Shown here: in pieces, positions 49,117-61,487 of the stretch
How the letters are laid out: each line of letters begins with the position of its first letter
Numbering within the stretch: position 1 is the first letter of the stretch
Assembly (NCBI GenBank): GCA_038087875.1
Contig: CM075987.1
Coordinates: 25,112,001-25,176,000, forward strand
Source: Malacoraja senta
Lineage: Eukaryota
DNA: 64,000 bases
Reading direction: 5' to 3'
Notes under the pieces: model-generated
What the model saw: only the letters and a program-made list of their open reading frames with translations
Databases searched by the model: none
What the model was told of the DNA's origin: nothing
Translations under genes and position numbers: made by a program

Positions 49117-49294
49117 GGGGGTCAAGGAAAGAGCGTTCACGTCGCGGCCCTGTTTCCACCAATCTTTCCACCACCACGCACAGGAAGCACAAGAAGCGCG
49201 AGACAGACACCATTGTACGCAGATGCCGAGAAGTGTGTTCAGCTCTGGCTGAATAACTTCTAATCTTGTGTGTGGACTCGATAAGAAGAAGAAG
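49117..49294 (+). mobile_element. Short non-autonomous retroelement (family B) headed by a minimal HDV/CPEB3-like ribozyme, (AAG)n tail
   Basis: Inserted in a V-SINE tail; TSD-like TTCAGAGAT/CTTAGAGAT; homologous to 61488-61657; ends CGATAAGAAGAAGAAG. Confidence 0.85.
49118..49169 (+). ncRNA. Putative minimal (P4-less) HDV/CPEB3-like ribozyme
   Basis: P1 GGGGTC/GGCCCT, P2 GGAAAGA/TCTTTCC, P3 GCG/CGC, L3 TTCACGT, linker GTTTCCA, J4/2 CCAA (C49159). Confidence 0.8.
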
Positions 49295-49440
49295 CTTAGA
49301 GATACAGCTCTAAAGTGAGCCCTTCGGCCCCTCGAGTCCATGCCGACCATCTATTACCCGTTCACAATAGTTCTATTTTATCCCACTTGCTCGTCCACTC
49401 CCGACACACTAGGGGCAATTTACAGAGGTCAAGTAACAGA

Positions 49441-49620
49441 GGGCGGCACGGTGGCGCAGCGGTAGAGTTGCTGCCTCACTGCGCCAGAGACCCGGGTTCG
49501 ATCCTGACTACGGGTGCTGCCTGTACGGAGTTTGTACCTTCTCCCCGTGACCTGCGTGCATTTCCTCTGGGTGCTCTGGTTGTCTCCCACACTGCAAAGA
49601 CGTACAGGTTGTCGTTTAAT
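49441..49620 (+). mobile_element. HE1-like V-SINE 5' part
   Basis: Head and V-domain, ending at the G-rich repeat. Confidence 0.8.
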
Positions 49621-49621
49621 T

Positions 49622-49731
49622 GAGGGGGAGAGGGGGAGAGGGGGAGAGGGGGAGAGGGGGAGAGGGGGAGAGGGGGAGAGGGGGAGAGGGGGAGAGGGGG
49701 AGAGGGGGAGAGGGGGAGAGGGGGAGAGGGG
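49622..49731 (+). repeat. (GGGGGAGA)n polypurine tandem repeat
   Basis: About 13 perfect 8-bp units. Confidence 0.95.
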
Positions 49732-50097
49732 CAGAATTAGGCCATTCGGCCCATCAGGTCTACTCCACCATTCAATCATGGCTGATCTATCTCTCCCTCC
49801 TAACCCCATTCTCATGCGTTCACCCCATAACCCCCGACACCTGTACTAAACAAGAATCTATCAATCTCAGAGATGGAGAGGAAGAGACGGAGAGCGAGAG
49901 AGAGGTGACATCAATGATGCAGGACACGAGGAGTGTCCAAGACTGGCCTTGACACTCCGAATCAAAGTTATTTTTTGTGATATTCTGAAGTACATTTTAA
50001 GCATCCCAAATATGATACATAAAAACCATCTGAGCCTCTGCTATAACCTGAAACCGGTACCCCTCATATCTCGGTTTGACAGATCTAGATAGTGACT

Positions 50098-50450
50098 TGG
50101 ATAGAGTGAATGTGGAGAGGAAGTTTCCACTCATGGGAGAGTCTCGGACCAGAGGTCATAGCCTCAGAATTAAAGGACGGTTTTTAGGAAGATGAGGAGG
50201 AATTTATTTACTCACAGAGTGGTGAAACTGCGGAATTCTTTGCCACGGAAGGCTGTGGAGGCCAAGTCAGTGGATATTTTTAAGGGAGAGATAGATAGGT
50301 TCATGATCAGTACGGGCGGGTATCAGAGGTTATGGGGAGAAGGCAGGAGAATGGGGTTAAGATGGAGTGATAAAATCGGTCATGATTGAATGGTGGAGTA
50401 GAATGGATGGGCCGAATGGCCTAATACTGCTCCTATCACTTACGAACCAA
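50098..50450 (+). mobile_element. CR1-clade LINE 3' fragment
   Basis: RTRGH..RVVKLRNSLP and shared 3' UTR. Confidence 0.8.
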
Positions 50451-51224
50451 TGAACTTCTTGCTTCTCTTTGCACAATGTACAAGTTTCTCCACTGTCTAT
50501 AGTTCTTCACCTCATTATTTGACCATTTTGCCTCAAGGCTGTGGCGAACTACATGAAATAAGTGGGCGCATAAATTTTAAAAAATATATATTTTCCTTCT
50601 GGTGCCAATTGATTTTTGGGAAACGTTACATTTCTCCCCCATCGCGGCGATGCGAGGAGCAAAACGACGGATGTTACTCGGTCTGGAGATTGCCCAGTCG
50701 CACACCCATTAAAGCAAATATGTCCGGTGGGAAATTGCAGTCTCCGAGATGAAAGCACTCTGTTTAGTTTGAAATCATTGTATCGAGAGAACCACGGGGG
50801 AATTACACCACTGATATTGAAAAGAAAATTATTTCAGTGTCACGGCTAGTAGTTTCATATTTTGAAATGGCAGCCCATGTAGTCTGGGTCCCTGTAGGCA
50901 GAAAATAATTACTACTTGGTAAAATACTATTTACTCTCAGCCGGCAACACAAAAAACAAAAATTCCAATCTGTTGCAACAACAGAAAAATTTAATTTTCC
51001 ACATCAAATTGCTTGATGGCATCGAAGTCTGTTATTTGTTTTGAGCAGTTATTTTGTTCTGGTGAACATGACTAAGTGGCGACTAGTAGCCCGAAACTCA
51101 GTGGAACACAGAACCACTTGAGACGTACAGAGGTAGGTGGAAATGTAGCCACAGGATGCATCGCAGGTACTGTAAGTGTTCTTTTGCGTGCGAATTGTCA
51201 CTTTATGAAATGACACCAATTGTT

Positions 51225-51517
51225 TAGACAATAGACAATAGACAATACGTGCAGGAGTAGGCCATTTGGCCCTTCGAGCCAGCACCGCCATTCAATGTGA
51301 TCATGGCTGATCATCCACAATCAGTACCCCGTTCCTGCCTTCTCCCCATATCCCCTGACTCCGCCATCTTTAAGAGCCCCATCTAGCTCTCTCTTGAAAG
51401 TATCCAGAGAACCTGCCTCCACCGCCCTCTGAGGCAGAGAATTCCACAGACTCACCATTCTCTGTGAGAAAAAGTGTTTCCTCGTCTCCGTTCTAAATGG
51501 CTTACTCCTTATTCTTA
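51225..51517 (-). mobile_element. CR1-clade LINE 3' fragment with (TATTGTC)n tail
   Basis: Homologous to 19608-20016. Confidence 0.8.
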
Positions 51518-51962
51518 AGGCCGTGTCTTACCTGTTTGCGGTCATCGGCGGTGAAGCGCGGTGTAGACGGTAGCGAGGACCGCGCGGCAACGGCGAGAGC
51601 GTCGAGCCTATCCACCGGAGCATCGCACGGATGCTGCGCGGGGCCGAGTGAATCAAATAGGGCGGGTCCCACGTGCTTGCGGTAGGTTAAAAAAAATGTT
51701 GATTTACCAGAAGCTTTTGTTGCACGTACGTCGGGTGATCATCGCACGGCCTGTCGAACGAGCATGCGATCCCGGACTTTGACGGGGAGGGACGGAGGGA
51801 GGGGAACGTCCATTTTTTTTCAAGCTCGAGCCTGACGCCATTTGGAGCAGAGTCTGGAAATCTCGAGCCTGACGCCATCTTTATTTCAGGTAAACAAAAG
51901 TAAATGAATGTGTTTTATAAAAGTCTATTTTATAAATGACCACAGACTCGTGAGTCAGGCCT
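51518..51962. mobile_element. CpG-rich Harbinger-like non-autonomous element
   Basis: AGGCC..GGCCT ends with imperfect TIR (TG(C/T)GGTCAT), TTA on both flanks. Confidence 0.6.
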
Positions 51963-52048
51963 TTAGTTAGCTTTAGATTGCCCAAAAGATCTTTATTTCA
52001 TCAGTTGAGTAGAACATGTTTCCACTCTTAAGAAAATAAGCATATTTG

Positions 52049-52576
52049 GAGGGAAGGTGGGAGGGGGACGTCCATTTTGAGAGAGTCAAGCTCGAGCCTG
52101 ACGCCATTTGGAGCAGAGTCTGGAAAGCTCGAGCCTGACGCCATCTTTATTTCAGGTAAACAAAAAGTAAAGGAATGAGTTTTATAAAAGTATATTTTAT
52201 AAATTTTGAATCTGATGGCTGTGGCGGCAGCTGTCCAGATCGCGGCGCTGCAGCGGTGGCTGTGCCTGCGGCCGTGCAGCACACGTGCGTCACTGGCGGC
52301 GGCACGTGCCTCACTGGCGGAGGCTGTGCCAGTGGAGGCTTGACGCACGCGCTCGAGCCATACTGGCGGCGGGCCGTGCGAGCGGCCGTGCGCACTCGTG
52401 CATCACTGGTGGAGGTTGTGCGGTGAGTATAGTGTTTTCGACATTGTCGATTTTATTTTTGCACCGCGCGGGTGTGGGAACACCGTCGCACGGCCCGGGA
52501 ATTGTTCTTTCTCACGAGTGCGCGGCAGATTCTTCCCGTTTCGCCACCAATGACCGCAGATTCGTGAGACGGGCCT
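52049..52576. mobile_element. Second, left-truncated copy of the same CpG-rich element
   Basis: Repeats about 51789-51935 at about 52049-52205; ends ATGACCGCAGATTCGTGAGACGGGCCT, matching the TIR. Confidence 0.55.
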
Positions 52577-52666
52577 TTCAAACTGTGGCCGCTGGTTCTG
52601 GACTCCCCAAGACGTCAGGTTTTGAAAGAGTAGAGGTGGGTTGTGCCCACATATTGAGAAAGAAGC

Positions 52667-52965
52667 TCGCGGTGGAGCAGCGGAAGAGTTGCTGCCTCAC
52701 AGAGGCAGAGGCCCGGGTTCGATCCCGGCAACGGGTGCTGTCTGTACGGAGTCTGTACGTTCTCCCCGTGACTTGCGTGGGTTTTCTTCAGAATCTCCAG
52801 TTTCCTCCCACACTCCAAAGACCTGCAGGTTTGTAGGTTAATTGGGTTGGTATAATTGTGAATTGTCCCTAGTGTGTAGGATAGAGTTAGGGTGCGGGGA
52901 TCGCTGGTCGGCATGGGCTTGGTGGGCTGAAGGGCCTGTTTCCATGCTGGATCTCTAAACTAAAC
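52667..52965 (+). mobile_element. HE1-like V-SINE
   Basis: B box, V-domain, tail. Confidence 0.8.
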
Positions 52966-53671
52966 TCACTCCTGCGCTATTTTACTGTGGAGTACCTCAA
53001 GTGGCAGAACAACACCTCATCTTGCACAGGCCAAACTACAGCCTTGTAGATGCGATAGAATATTTTCCATCTTTGGGTAACTTGTCATCTTTCCACCGGT
53101 ATCTGAAACGGCCAATTCTGCCACACAGACGTGCGACTGTGATTTTTGGTCATATTTTTCTTCTCAGTCAATAATTTCTGGGTTGCTGTCGACAGTACAT
53201 CCACAACATTGCTATGAGCTGTGCAGGAAGGAACTGCAGATGCTTCTTTAAACCGAAGACAGACACAAAATGCTGGAGTAACTCAGGGGGTCAGACAATT
53301 GCCGTGTTAATCTATTTGGTCTCGGAGATATTTCATATTCTCTCCAAACTTTCTTTACAACGGAATATTAACTTGCTTTCTTTCACAGTATTAACAAGGG
53401 GTCACAGACCTGAAAAGCTAATTTTGTTACTCCTTCCTCAGTCACAACCTGACCTGATGAATATTGCTGGCAATTTCTGTTTTTTAATTTAATTTAAGGT
53501 TTCTTTTGATTTTCACCACATTGCTCCTGCCCAAACGAGCTCCACTGATCTAAAGCATAGTAGGCCTTTGTGTTTCCATGGTTACTTTACCCAGTATTCA
53601 CATGGGCTTTTCAAGTGTGGAGGCCTTCTAAGTGTGGAGGCTAGTCTCTCTCTAGATATACTCAGACACAC

Positions 53672-54125
53672 CTATATATATATAATATTTATATATATAT
53701 TTATTATATATTTATTATATATATATATATATTTATTATATATAATATATTATATTTATTATATATATATATATATATATTTATTATATATATATATATA
53801 TTATTATATATATATATATTATATTAATTATTATATATATATATATATTTATTATATATATATATATATATTTATTATATATATATATAATATTTATATA
53901 TATATATATATATATATTTATTATATATATATATATATATATTTATTATATATATATATATATATTTATTATATATATATATATATATTTATTATATATA
54001 TATATATATATTTATTATATATATATATATATATTTATTATATATATATATATATATTATATAATATATATATATATATATTATATATATATATATATAT
54101 TATATATATATATATTTATTATATA

Positions 54126-54162
<37 letters not shown>

Positions 54163-54593
54163 TATATATATATTATATATTATATATATTTATATATATT
54201 TATATATATTATATATATTTATAATATTTATATATATATATATATTTTTATATATATTTATAATATTTTTATATTTATATATTTTTTATATTTATATATT
54301 ATTTTTATATTTATATATATTTTTATATTTATATATATTTTTATATTTATATATATTTTTATATATATATATATTTTTATATTTATATATATTTTTATAT
54401 TATATATATTTTTATAATATATATATATTTTATATATATATATATATTTTTATATATATATATATATATTTTTTATATATATATATATATTTTTATATAT
54501 ATATATTTTTATATATATATATTTTTTATATATATATTTTTATATATATATTTTTATATATATATTTTTATATATATTTATTTTTATATATAT

Positions 54594-54624
<31 letters not shown>

Positions 54625-54638
54625 ATTATATATATATA
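53672..54638. repeat. (TA)n-rich low-complexity tract
   Basis: About 970 bp composed only of A/T. Confidence 0.98.
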
Positions 54639-54639
54639 A

Positions 54640-55347
54640 CACACACAACACAATGTTTAAGAAAGAAATGCAGATGCTGGAAAATCTAAGGTAGACAAAA
54701 ATGCTGGAGGAACTCAGCGGATGAGGCAGCTTCTATGGAGAGAAGGAATAGGCGACAGTTTCGGGTCGAGACGTCACCTATTCCTTCTCTCGATAGAAGC
54801 TGCTCTCCACCGAGTTCCTCCAGCATTTTTGTCTACCTTCTTTTATATACACATACACACATACATACATATCTAAGTGTGGAGGTTATCAAAGCCCCAT
54901 CTCTCTCTACACATACACAGAGAGATACATATACGTATACACAGACACATATACACACACATATACATACAGTATACACATACATACACATTGATATATG
55001 CAAGTGTGTGCAAATATATATGAACATTTTCACCATATAAATGAATATTTTAAAGCATTCAAAGAGACAGACAAACAATAATGGTTTCAGGAGATTTGTT
55101 CTGTGTAAAACAAGGCTGTTTGTCAATGAGGCAGCTGTGTATGTTGGGTATTGCACTCTAATCTGAGGATCACCTACAGCGATGTCTCAGGATGTGATGA
55201 CTAGTTTCCAATGACCAAAACCATCCGCCTTTGCAGTTGGCATTAACTCCAGGCAGATGAGAGCTTTCTTTCTCCATTCCCAAGGGACCGAAATGACTCA
55301 ATGCCACCAATCCCTTTCAAACCAGTGGCTTGGTAACACAGGGAGTC
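54640..55347 (+). repeat. Direct duplicate, copy 1 (of 55895-56607)
   Basis: Near-identical about 700-bp segments on either side of the gap. Confidence 0.92.
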
Positions 55348-55370
55348 GACTTCTACATGCTCACTCTATC

Positions 55371-55570
55371 NNNNNNNNNNNNNNNNNNNNNNNNNNNNNN
55401 NNNNNNNNNNNNNNNNNNNNNNNNNNNNNNNNNNNNNNNNNNNNNNNNNNNNNNNNNNNNNNNNNNNNNNNNNNNNNNNNNNNNNNNNNNNNNNNNNNNN
55501 NNNNNNNNNNNNNNNNNNNNNNNNNNNNNNNNNNNNNNNNNNNNNNNNNNNNNNNNNNNNNNNNNNNNNN
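55371..55570. other. Assembly gap (200 N)
   Basis: Run of 200 N. Confidence 1.
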
Positions 55571-55875
55571 TTTTTATATATATTTATTTATTTATATTTT
55601 TATATATATTTATTTATTTATATTTATATATATATTTATTATATTTATATATATATTTATATATTTATATATTTATATATATATTTATATATATATTTTT
55701 ATATTTATATATATATTTTTATATTTATATATATATTTTTATATTTATATATATTTTTATATTTATATATATTTTTATATATATATTTTTATATATATAT
55801 TTTTATATATATATTTTTATATATATATTTTTATATATATATTTTTATATATATATTTTTATATATATATTATTT

Positions 55876-55895
<20 letters not shown>
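55571..55895. repeat. (TA)n-rich low-complexity tract
   Basis: A/T only. Confidence 0.98.
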
Positions 55896-55909
<14 letters not shown>

Positions 55910-56607
55910 ATGTTTAAGAAAGAAATGCAGATGCTGGAAAAATCTAAGGTAGACAAAAATGCTGGAGGAACTCAGCGGATGAGGCAGCTTCTATGGAGAG
56001 AAGGAATAGGCGACGTTTCGGGTCGAGACGTCACCTATTCCTTCTCTCGATAGAAGCTGCCTCTCCCACTGAGTTCCTCCAGCATTTTTGTCTACCTTCT
56101 TTATATATACACATACACACATACATACATATCTAAGTGTGGAGGTTATCAAAGCCCAATCTCTCTCTACACATACACAGAGAGATACATATACGTATAC
56201 ACAGACACATATACACACCCACATATACATACAGTATACACATACATACACATTGATATATGCAAGTGTGTGCAAATATATATGAACATTTTCACCATAT
56301 AAATGAATATTTTAAAGCATTCAAAGAGACAGACAAACAATATGGGTTTTCAGGAGATTTGTTCTGTGTAAACAAAGGCTGTGTTGTCAATGAGGCAGCT
56401 GTGTATGTTGGGTATTGCACTCTAATCTGAGGATCACCTACAGCGATGTCTCAGGATGTGATGACTAGTTTCCAATGACCAAAACCATCCGCCTTTGCAG
56501 TTGGCATAACTCCAGGCTGATGAGAGCTTTCTTTCTCCATTCCCAGGGACCGAATGACTCAATGCCACCAATCCCTTTCAACCAGTGGCTTGGTAACACA
56601 GGGAGTC
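55895..56607 (+). repeat. Direct duplicate, copy 2 (of 54640-55347)
   Basis: Near-identical, scattered substitutions and indels. Confidence 0.92.
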
Positions 56608-57170
56608 GCTCTCAGCTCACCTCTAGATATAACTTTAGACTTTAGAGGTGCAGCGGGAAAACAGGCCCATTCGGCCCACCGAGGCCGCGCCGACCAGTGG
56701 TCACCCCTTACACAAGCACTATCCTACACACACTAAACACAATTTACAAAGGAATGGGTGAGTGTGGGAGGAAACTGGAGATAACTCACATGGTCACGGG
56801 GAGAATGTACAAACTCCATACAGACAGCACCCGAAGTCAGAATCGAACCCGGGTCTCCAGCGCTGTAGGGCAGCCATTCTCCCCACTGTTCTTGGGTCTG
56901 CCTTTAGACCAATGCAGTAATATCTGGGATTAAGTGGCTTCAACCACAGAAGGTAGGCTGATCATTGTTGAGCAGATTATTGATAAGTACCACTTAGTAA
57001 AACCGTTAATGATAAATAATATTACTTTTCTAATGATTGAGTTCAGACTGAAGGGGCAGTAATTGGCTTGATTTGTATTAAGTTCCTACTGTGGGCAGAT
57101 CACATGCAGTCAATTGTCACTCCACTGAGTGGCTGTTAGTGTTGCAGTCTGCAGTATTGAATAGAGAGGC

Positions 57171-57478
57171 TAGTTTAGTTTAAAGATACAGTATAGAAAC
57201 AGCCCCTTCAACCCACCGAATCCACGCCGACCTGCGATCCCTGCACAATAACACTATCCTACACACACTAAGGATAATTTACAATTACACTAAGTCAATT
57301 AGCCTACAAACCTGTACGTCTTTGGAGTGTGGGAGAGAAACCGGAGCACCCAGAGGAAACCCACACAGGTCACAGGGAGAAGGTACAAACTCCGTACAGA
57401 CAGCACCTGTAGTCAGGATCGAACCCGGGTCTCTGTCGCTGAAAGGCAGCAACTCTACCGCTGCGCCACCCCGCCGCC
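57171..57478 (-). mobile_element. HE1-like V-SINE (full length)
   Basis: Head, V-domain, tail. Confidence 0.85.
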
Positions 57479-58184
57479 CAACCAGACATACAATAAAAAT
57501 AATTAATGAAGATAATTATAAAACTAATTAATATTGAATTAATGTTGAATGCAACAACAGTTAAGCTTTGCATAACCTTCCAGTGAAAGGGGAATGTTCC
57601 AATTACTTGAAGCAAAAATCAAGTTGCTGGTGCAACTCAGCGGGTCAGGAGCGTCTGTGGAGCAGAGGAATTGTTGACATTTCGTGTGTCAGGACCGAGC
57701 GAGCAAATGAAAGTGCTCCACGGCACTTCAAAGCTTCATCCCTGATTATATTCAGTTCTATCACCATCACACAATGCCGCCTAATCCTGGGCGGACGAAG
57801 AGCTACTTTAGAAGATGCTCCCTCTTCCAAACTCGCTGTGAAACAATGGGACCTCATTTGGCTGCTTGGATCGACGTGAAAGATCAAAAGGCACATTTAA
57901 ACTAGAGGCACGGGGTTCCACTGCTCAATAACAGGATCTTTTTTGCCCTGTTCCTTTCATTGTGTCTTGGTTAATGAGCCTCGACTTCCAATGCGCTTTT
58001 CAATTAAAAACAAATGATAAACTGCTTGCCTTGTTGAATAGGAATGCTGATCTAATCACTATCAGCTAAATTCTCACCCGGTGGTAGATCTTGATAATTT
58101 TATTATTAAAGTCGTACAAAAAAAATAATTCATATTGCAGACGCTGATTGCAAATGCAACTCATTGGAACTTTCGGAATAATGA

Positions 58185-58530
58185 AAGGCTCGGATAGAGT
58201 GGATGTGGAGAGGATGTTTCCACTGGTGGGAGAGTCTCGGACCAGAGGTCACAGCCTCGGAATTAAAGGGCAACTCTTTTGGTGGAAAGAAGGTGAGGAG
58301 GAACTTCTTTAATCAAAGGGTAGTTAATCTGTGGAACTCATTGCCACAGAGGGCTGTGGAGGCCAAGTCAGTGGATATTTTTAAGGCAGAGATAAACAAA
58401 TCCTTGATTAAAAAGGGTGTCAAGGGTTATGGGGAGAAGGCAGGAAAATTAGGAGGCAGCGATCAACCATGATTGAATGGCGGAGTAGACTCGATGGGCC
58501 GAATGGCCTAATTCTGCTCCTATAACGTGA
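58185..58530 (+). mobile_element. CR1-clade LINE 3' fragment
   Basis: RRNFFNQRVVNLWNSLP. Confidence 0.8.
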
Positions 58531-58721
58531 ATGTGAAATAAGCTTCTCATTTAACCTTGCACTAAATAGAAATGCTTTAAATGTATGAAGCCAAATGTAA
58601 GCAGCTGGAGTGACTCAGTGGGCCAGGCAGCATCTACGGAACAAAGGAATTAATGGGATTTTAGGTTAAGACCCTGCATCAAGACTGAGAGTGGAAGGGG
58701 AAGATCACTGGTATAATGAAA

Positions 58722-59118
58722 GCCAGTTCGCCTCGACGTTGCAGTTGGACTGCTGGACCACGGGTTGGGCCGCTTGAACCGCACGCGGGGTTTAAAGGAC
58801 ACGGAGCCGGGGCCTAACATCGCCCGGCGTGGCTAAATGGCCATAGGACTTACCATCGTCCGCCGGGGGCTTTAACATCGGAGCCCCAGTTCGCCTAGAC
58901 GCTGCAGTTGGACTGCTGGACCGCGGGTGAAGAACAAAGGGAAGAGATAAGACTTTGCCTTCCATCACAGTGAGGAGGTGTTGGAGACTCACTGTGATGG
59001 ATGTTTATGTAAACTGTGTTAAGTGTGGGTCTTGTTTTTTTTTTGTAATGTAAAAAAAACTGTAGTAAATGCAATTTCGTTCAAACCTAGGTTTGAATGA
59101 CAATAAATAGCATTCCAT
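58722..59118 (+). mobile_element. GC-rich element with conserved CCATCACAG hairpin and Rex-type 3' end
   Basis: 37-bp direct repeat (58723-58759, 58886-58922), 14-bp perfect stem 58961-59001, TGACAATAAA. Confidence 0.55.
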
Positions 59119-59328
59119 AATGAGGAGAGGGGCAGGCAATCAAAAGCTTTTCCCTGTACTCCGGTACACGTGACAATAAACTAAACTGAACTAACGCTGT
59201 GAGAAAAAGAATAACGATGACTTGGTGAACAATTTTAAAATTAATCTTTGGAACACGTAAATAATCGGACAGTTTGTACGAATGCACTATACATTCATCC
59301 GAGAATCGGAGATACTGGAAATATCTCT

Positions 59329-59632
59329 GGGCATCACGGTGGGGCAGCGGTAGAGCTGCTGCCTTACAGCGTTTGCAGCGCCGGAGACCCGGGTTCAATC
59401 CCGACTACGGGTGCTGTCTGTATGTGGTTTGTACCTTCTCCCTGTGAATTTTCCCCGGGTGCTCTGGTTTCCTCCCACACTCCAATAGTGTACAGGTTTG
59501 TAGGTTAATTAGCTTGGTATAAGTGTGGATTGTCCCGAGTGTGCAGGATAGTGCTACTTATATAGACGGATACACTACGTATCGGTGTGGACTCGGTGAG
59601 CCGACAGACCCGTTTCCACACTGTATCTCTAA
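59329..59632 (+). mobile_element. HE1-like V-SINE
   Basis: Head, V-domain, tail. Confidence 0.8.
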
Positions 59633-59794
59633 CGTGAAGCAAGATAAAAGTAAATACTCTTAATTTGTCTGCACAATTGAAGTAAATGCAGTGTGGTCCC
59701 AGTCAAAATCTACATCGGAGCAGAGTTCAAATGCTGTCAACTCCCCTTGATCAGATGGGGCTCATGTTGTTGAACCTCCCCGTGGTGAGCCCTG

Positions 59795-60145
59795 TCAAGT
59801 CAAGTCAAGTCAAGTCACTTTTATTTCTATAGCACATTTAAAAAACAACTCTCGTTGACCAAAGTGCTTTACATCGGTGGAGGTACTAACGTTATACAAC
59901 AGTGGTTCATAGATTAAGTACATACATAAATACATACACATAGCCCTCCCTCAGAGGACGTCAAGAAAGGCTTGGGAGTAAAGATGAGTTTTAAGTCTTG
60001 ACTTAAAGGAGTCGATGGAGGGGGCAGTTCTGATGGGAAGGGGGATGCTGTTCCACAGTCTAGGAGCTGCAACCGCAAAGGCGCGGTCGCCCCTGAGCTT
60101 ATGCCTAGACCGCGGGATGTTCAGTAACCCTCAGTCTGACTGGCC
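59795..60145 (-). mobile_element. L2-clade LINE 3' fragment with (CTTGA)n tail
   Basis: Minus strand GDRAFAVAAPRLWNSIP..FKSRLKTHL; TGTAAAGCACTTTGG..GTGCTATAGAAATAAA. Confidence 0.85.
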
Positions 60146-61154
60146 TCAGTCAGGCGAACGGCAACAAACAGAGACAGCAGCAGCAGCGCCACAGCTTGGC
60201 GCCAACCCGGAGCATGCGCCCCTTTTAGGGCGGGCACCCACGGATGTCGAACCGGACGGCATCACCCTGCTGCAGACCTCTGCTGCCTCAAACGCAAGAA
60301 AAAGAAGTGACCAGATGAGACTGTACAAAAGTGGCACATTCCCACAGGATGGGTGGCTACAGTTTAAACAGCTGGAATGCCCTTTCATTCGCATCTGAGA
60401 TAAAGGGACATAATATACCAGCGTCACTGAAGGTAAATCAAGGACACGGCCTCTATCTCAGCTGATTTCTATCAAGTGAATACATTTGATCTTTTATTGG
60501 GATAAAGTTAATATAACGATCAAGGTTTGTCACTCTTATCTCTTCAGTCAGTTCTGGCGTTTACACACATCAAGGACATTTGAACGCCCTTCAACCGATA
60601 CCGTGGGGAAAAGTTCCATGAAAATTGCCACCAAAAACGATCAAAATACTTTTGTGACTTTTATGGAATTGTCTGACAAGTCTTTTTTTTGCAAATTTGA
60701 GCGAGACACAGTTTGCCCAAAAACTCTTCTTTAAAGAAGAAATGCTGACCTACCTAATAACCTCCTGATAAACAACCTGCCTCAAGGCAGATGTTAATCA
60801 CTATCAGAGGTCCTCAGTCACAAACCAAGAGTTGGAGTTGGCAATATATGGTGCAGAGATTGGTGAATTGGCAAAGGCAAAGTTTTAAAACTTGTAGTTA
60901 GTTATTCTGGGAGACATATATTGATGAGCTTGTAGATTAAGATGGGGTTAGGAGGGAGAGATAGATCAGCCATGATTGAATGTCGGAGTAGACTTGATGG
61001 GCCGAATGGCCTAATTCTATTCCTATTCCTTATGACCTCATGACAAAAGTGTGGTGGTCAGGGATGGAAATAGATGTGGAACAACATGTGAGGTCATGCC
61101 ATGGATGTTAGATGATTAGTAGACCCAATCCACCTGAGCCAATACAAAGTACAT

Positions 61155-61289
61155 CAGTCTGAAGAAGGGTTTCGGCCCGAAACGTTGCCTATTTCCTTCG
61201 CTCCATAGATGCTGCTGCACCCGCTGAGTTTCTTCAGCATTTTTGTGTACCTTCGAATTTCCAGCATCTGCAGTTCCTTCTTAAATACA
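61155..61289 (+). mobile_element. Penelope-derived short element with hammerhead-type motif
   Basis: CTGAAGA-A-GGGT-TTCG-GCCC-GAAA-CGTT at 61159-61186 and PLE-type terminus. Confidence 0.8.
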
Positions 61290-61487
61290 TTGTTACCAAC
61301 AGGTCCATGGGAAGATGTTGCTCTAGATTTTCCACCTCCATCAGGAAAATCAATACTAGTTGTGATCGATTACTACAGCAGATATTGTGAGTATGCAATA
61401 GTGAAGACTACAACATCGGAAAAGACCGTAGTGGCTTTGATGGAAATATACGCAAGACAGTGTGACAATGGGCCTCAGTTCATTCCT
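61290..61487 (+). pseudogene. Degenerate Gypsy integrase core fragment
   Basis: LPTGPWEDVALDF..ILVVIDYYSRY..DNGPQF. Confidence 0.8.

Noticed and set aside
49441..49512. tRNA-like sequences with A/B boxes
   Set aside because: They are SINE heads fused to the V-domain, repeated many times, not standalone tRNA genes.
53568..54131. 187-aa Ile/Tyr-rich ORF (also 55257-55952, 55330-55917)
   Set aside because: Translation of (TA)n low-complexity sequence and N gaps.
57870..57885. Other TTCACGT/ACGTGAA hits (also 1081, 6240, 58525, 59632) as further HDV-like ribozymes
   Set aside because: No flanking P3/P1/P2 complementarity found by eye.
60015..60398. 127-aa ORF
   Set aside because: Begins antisense within an L2 fragment; the remainder has no recognisable homology.
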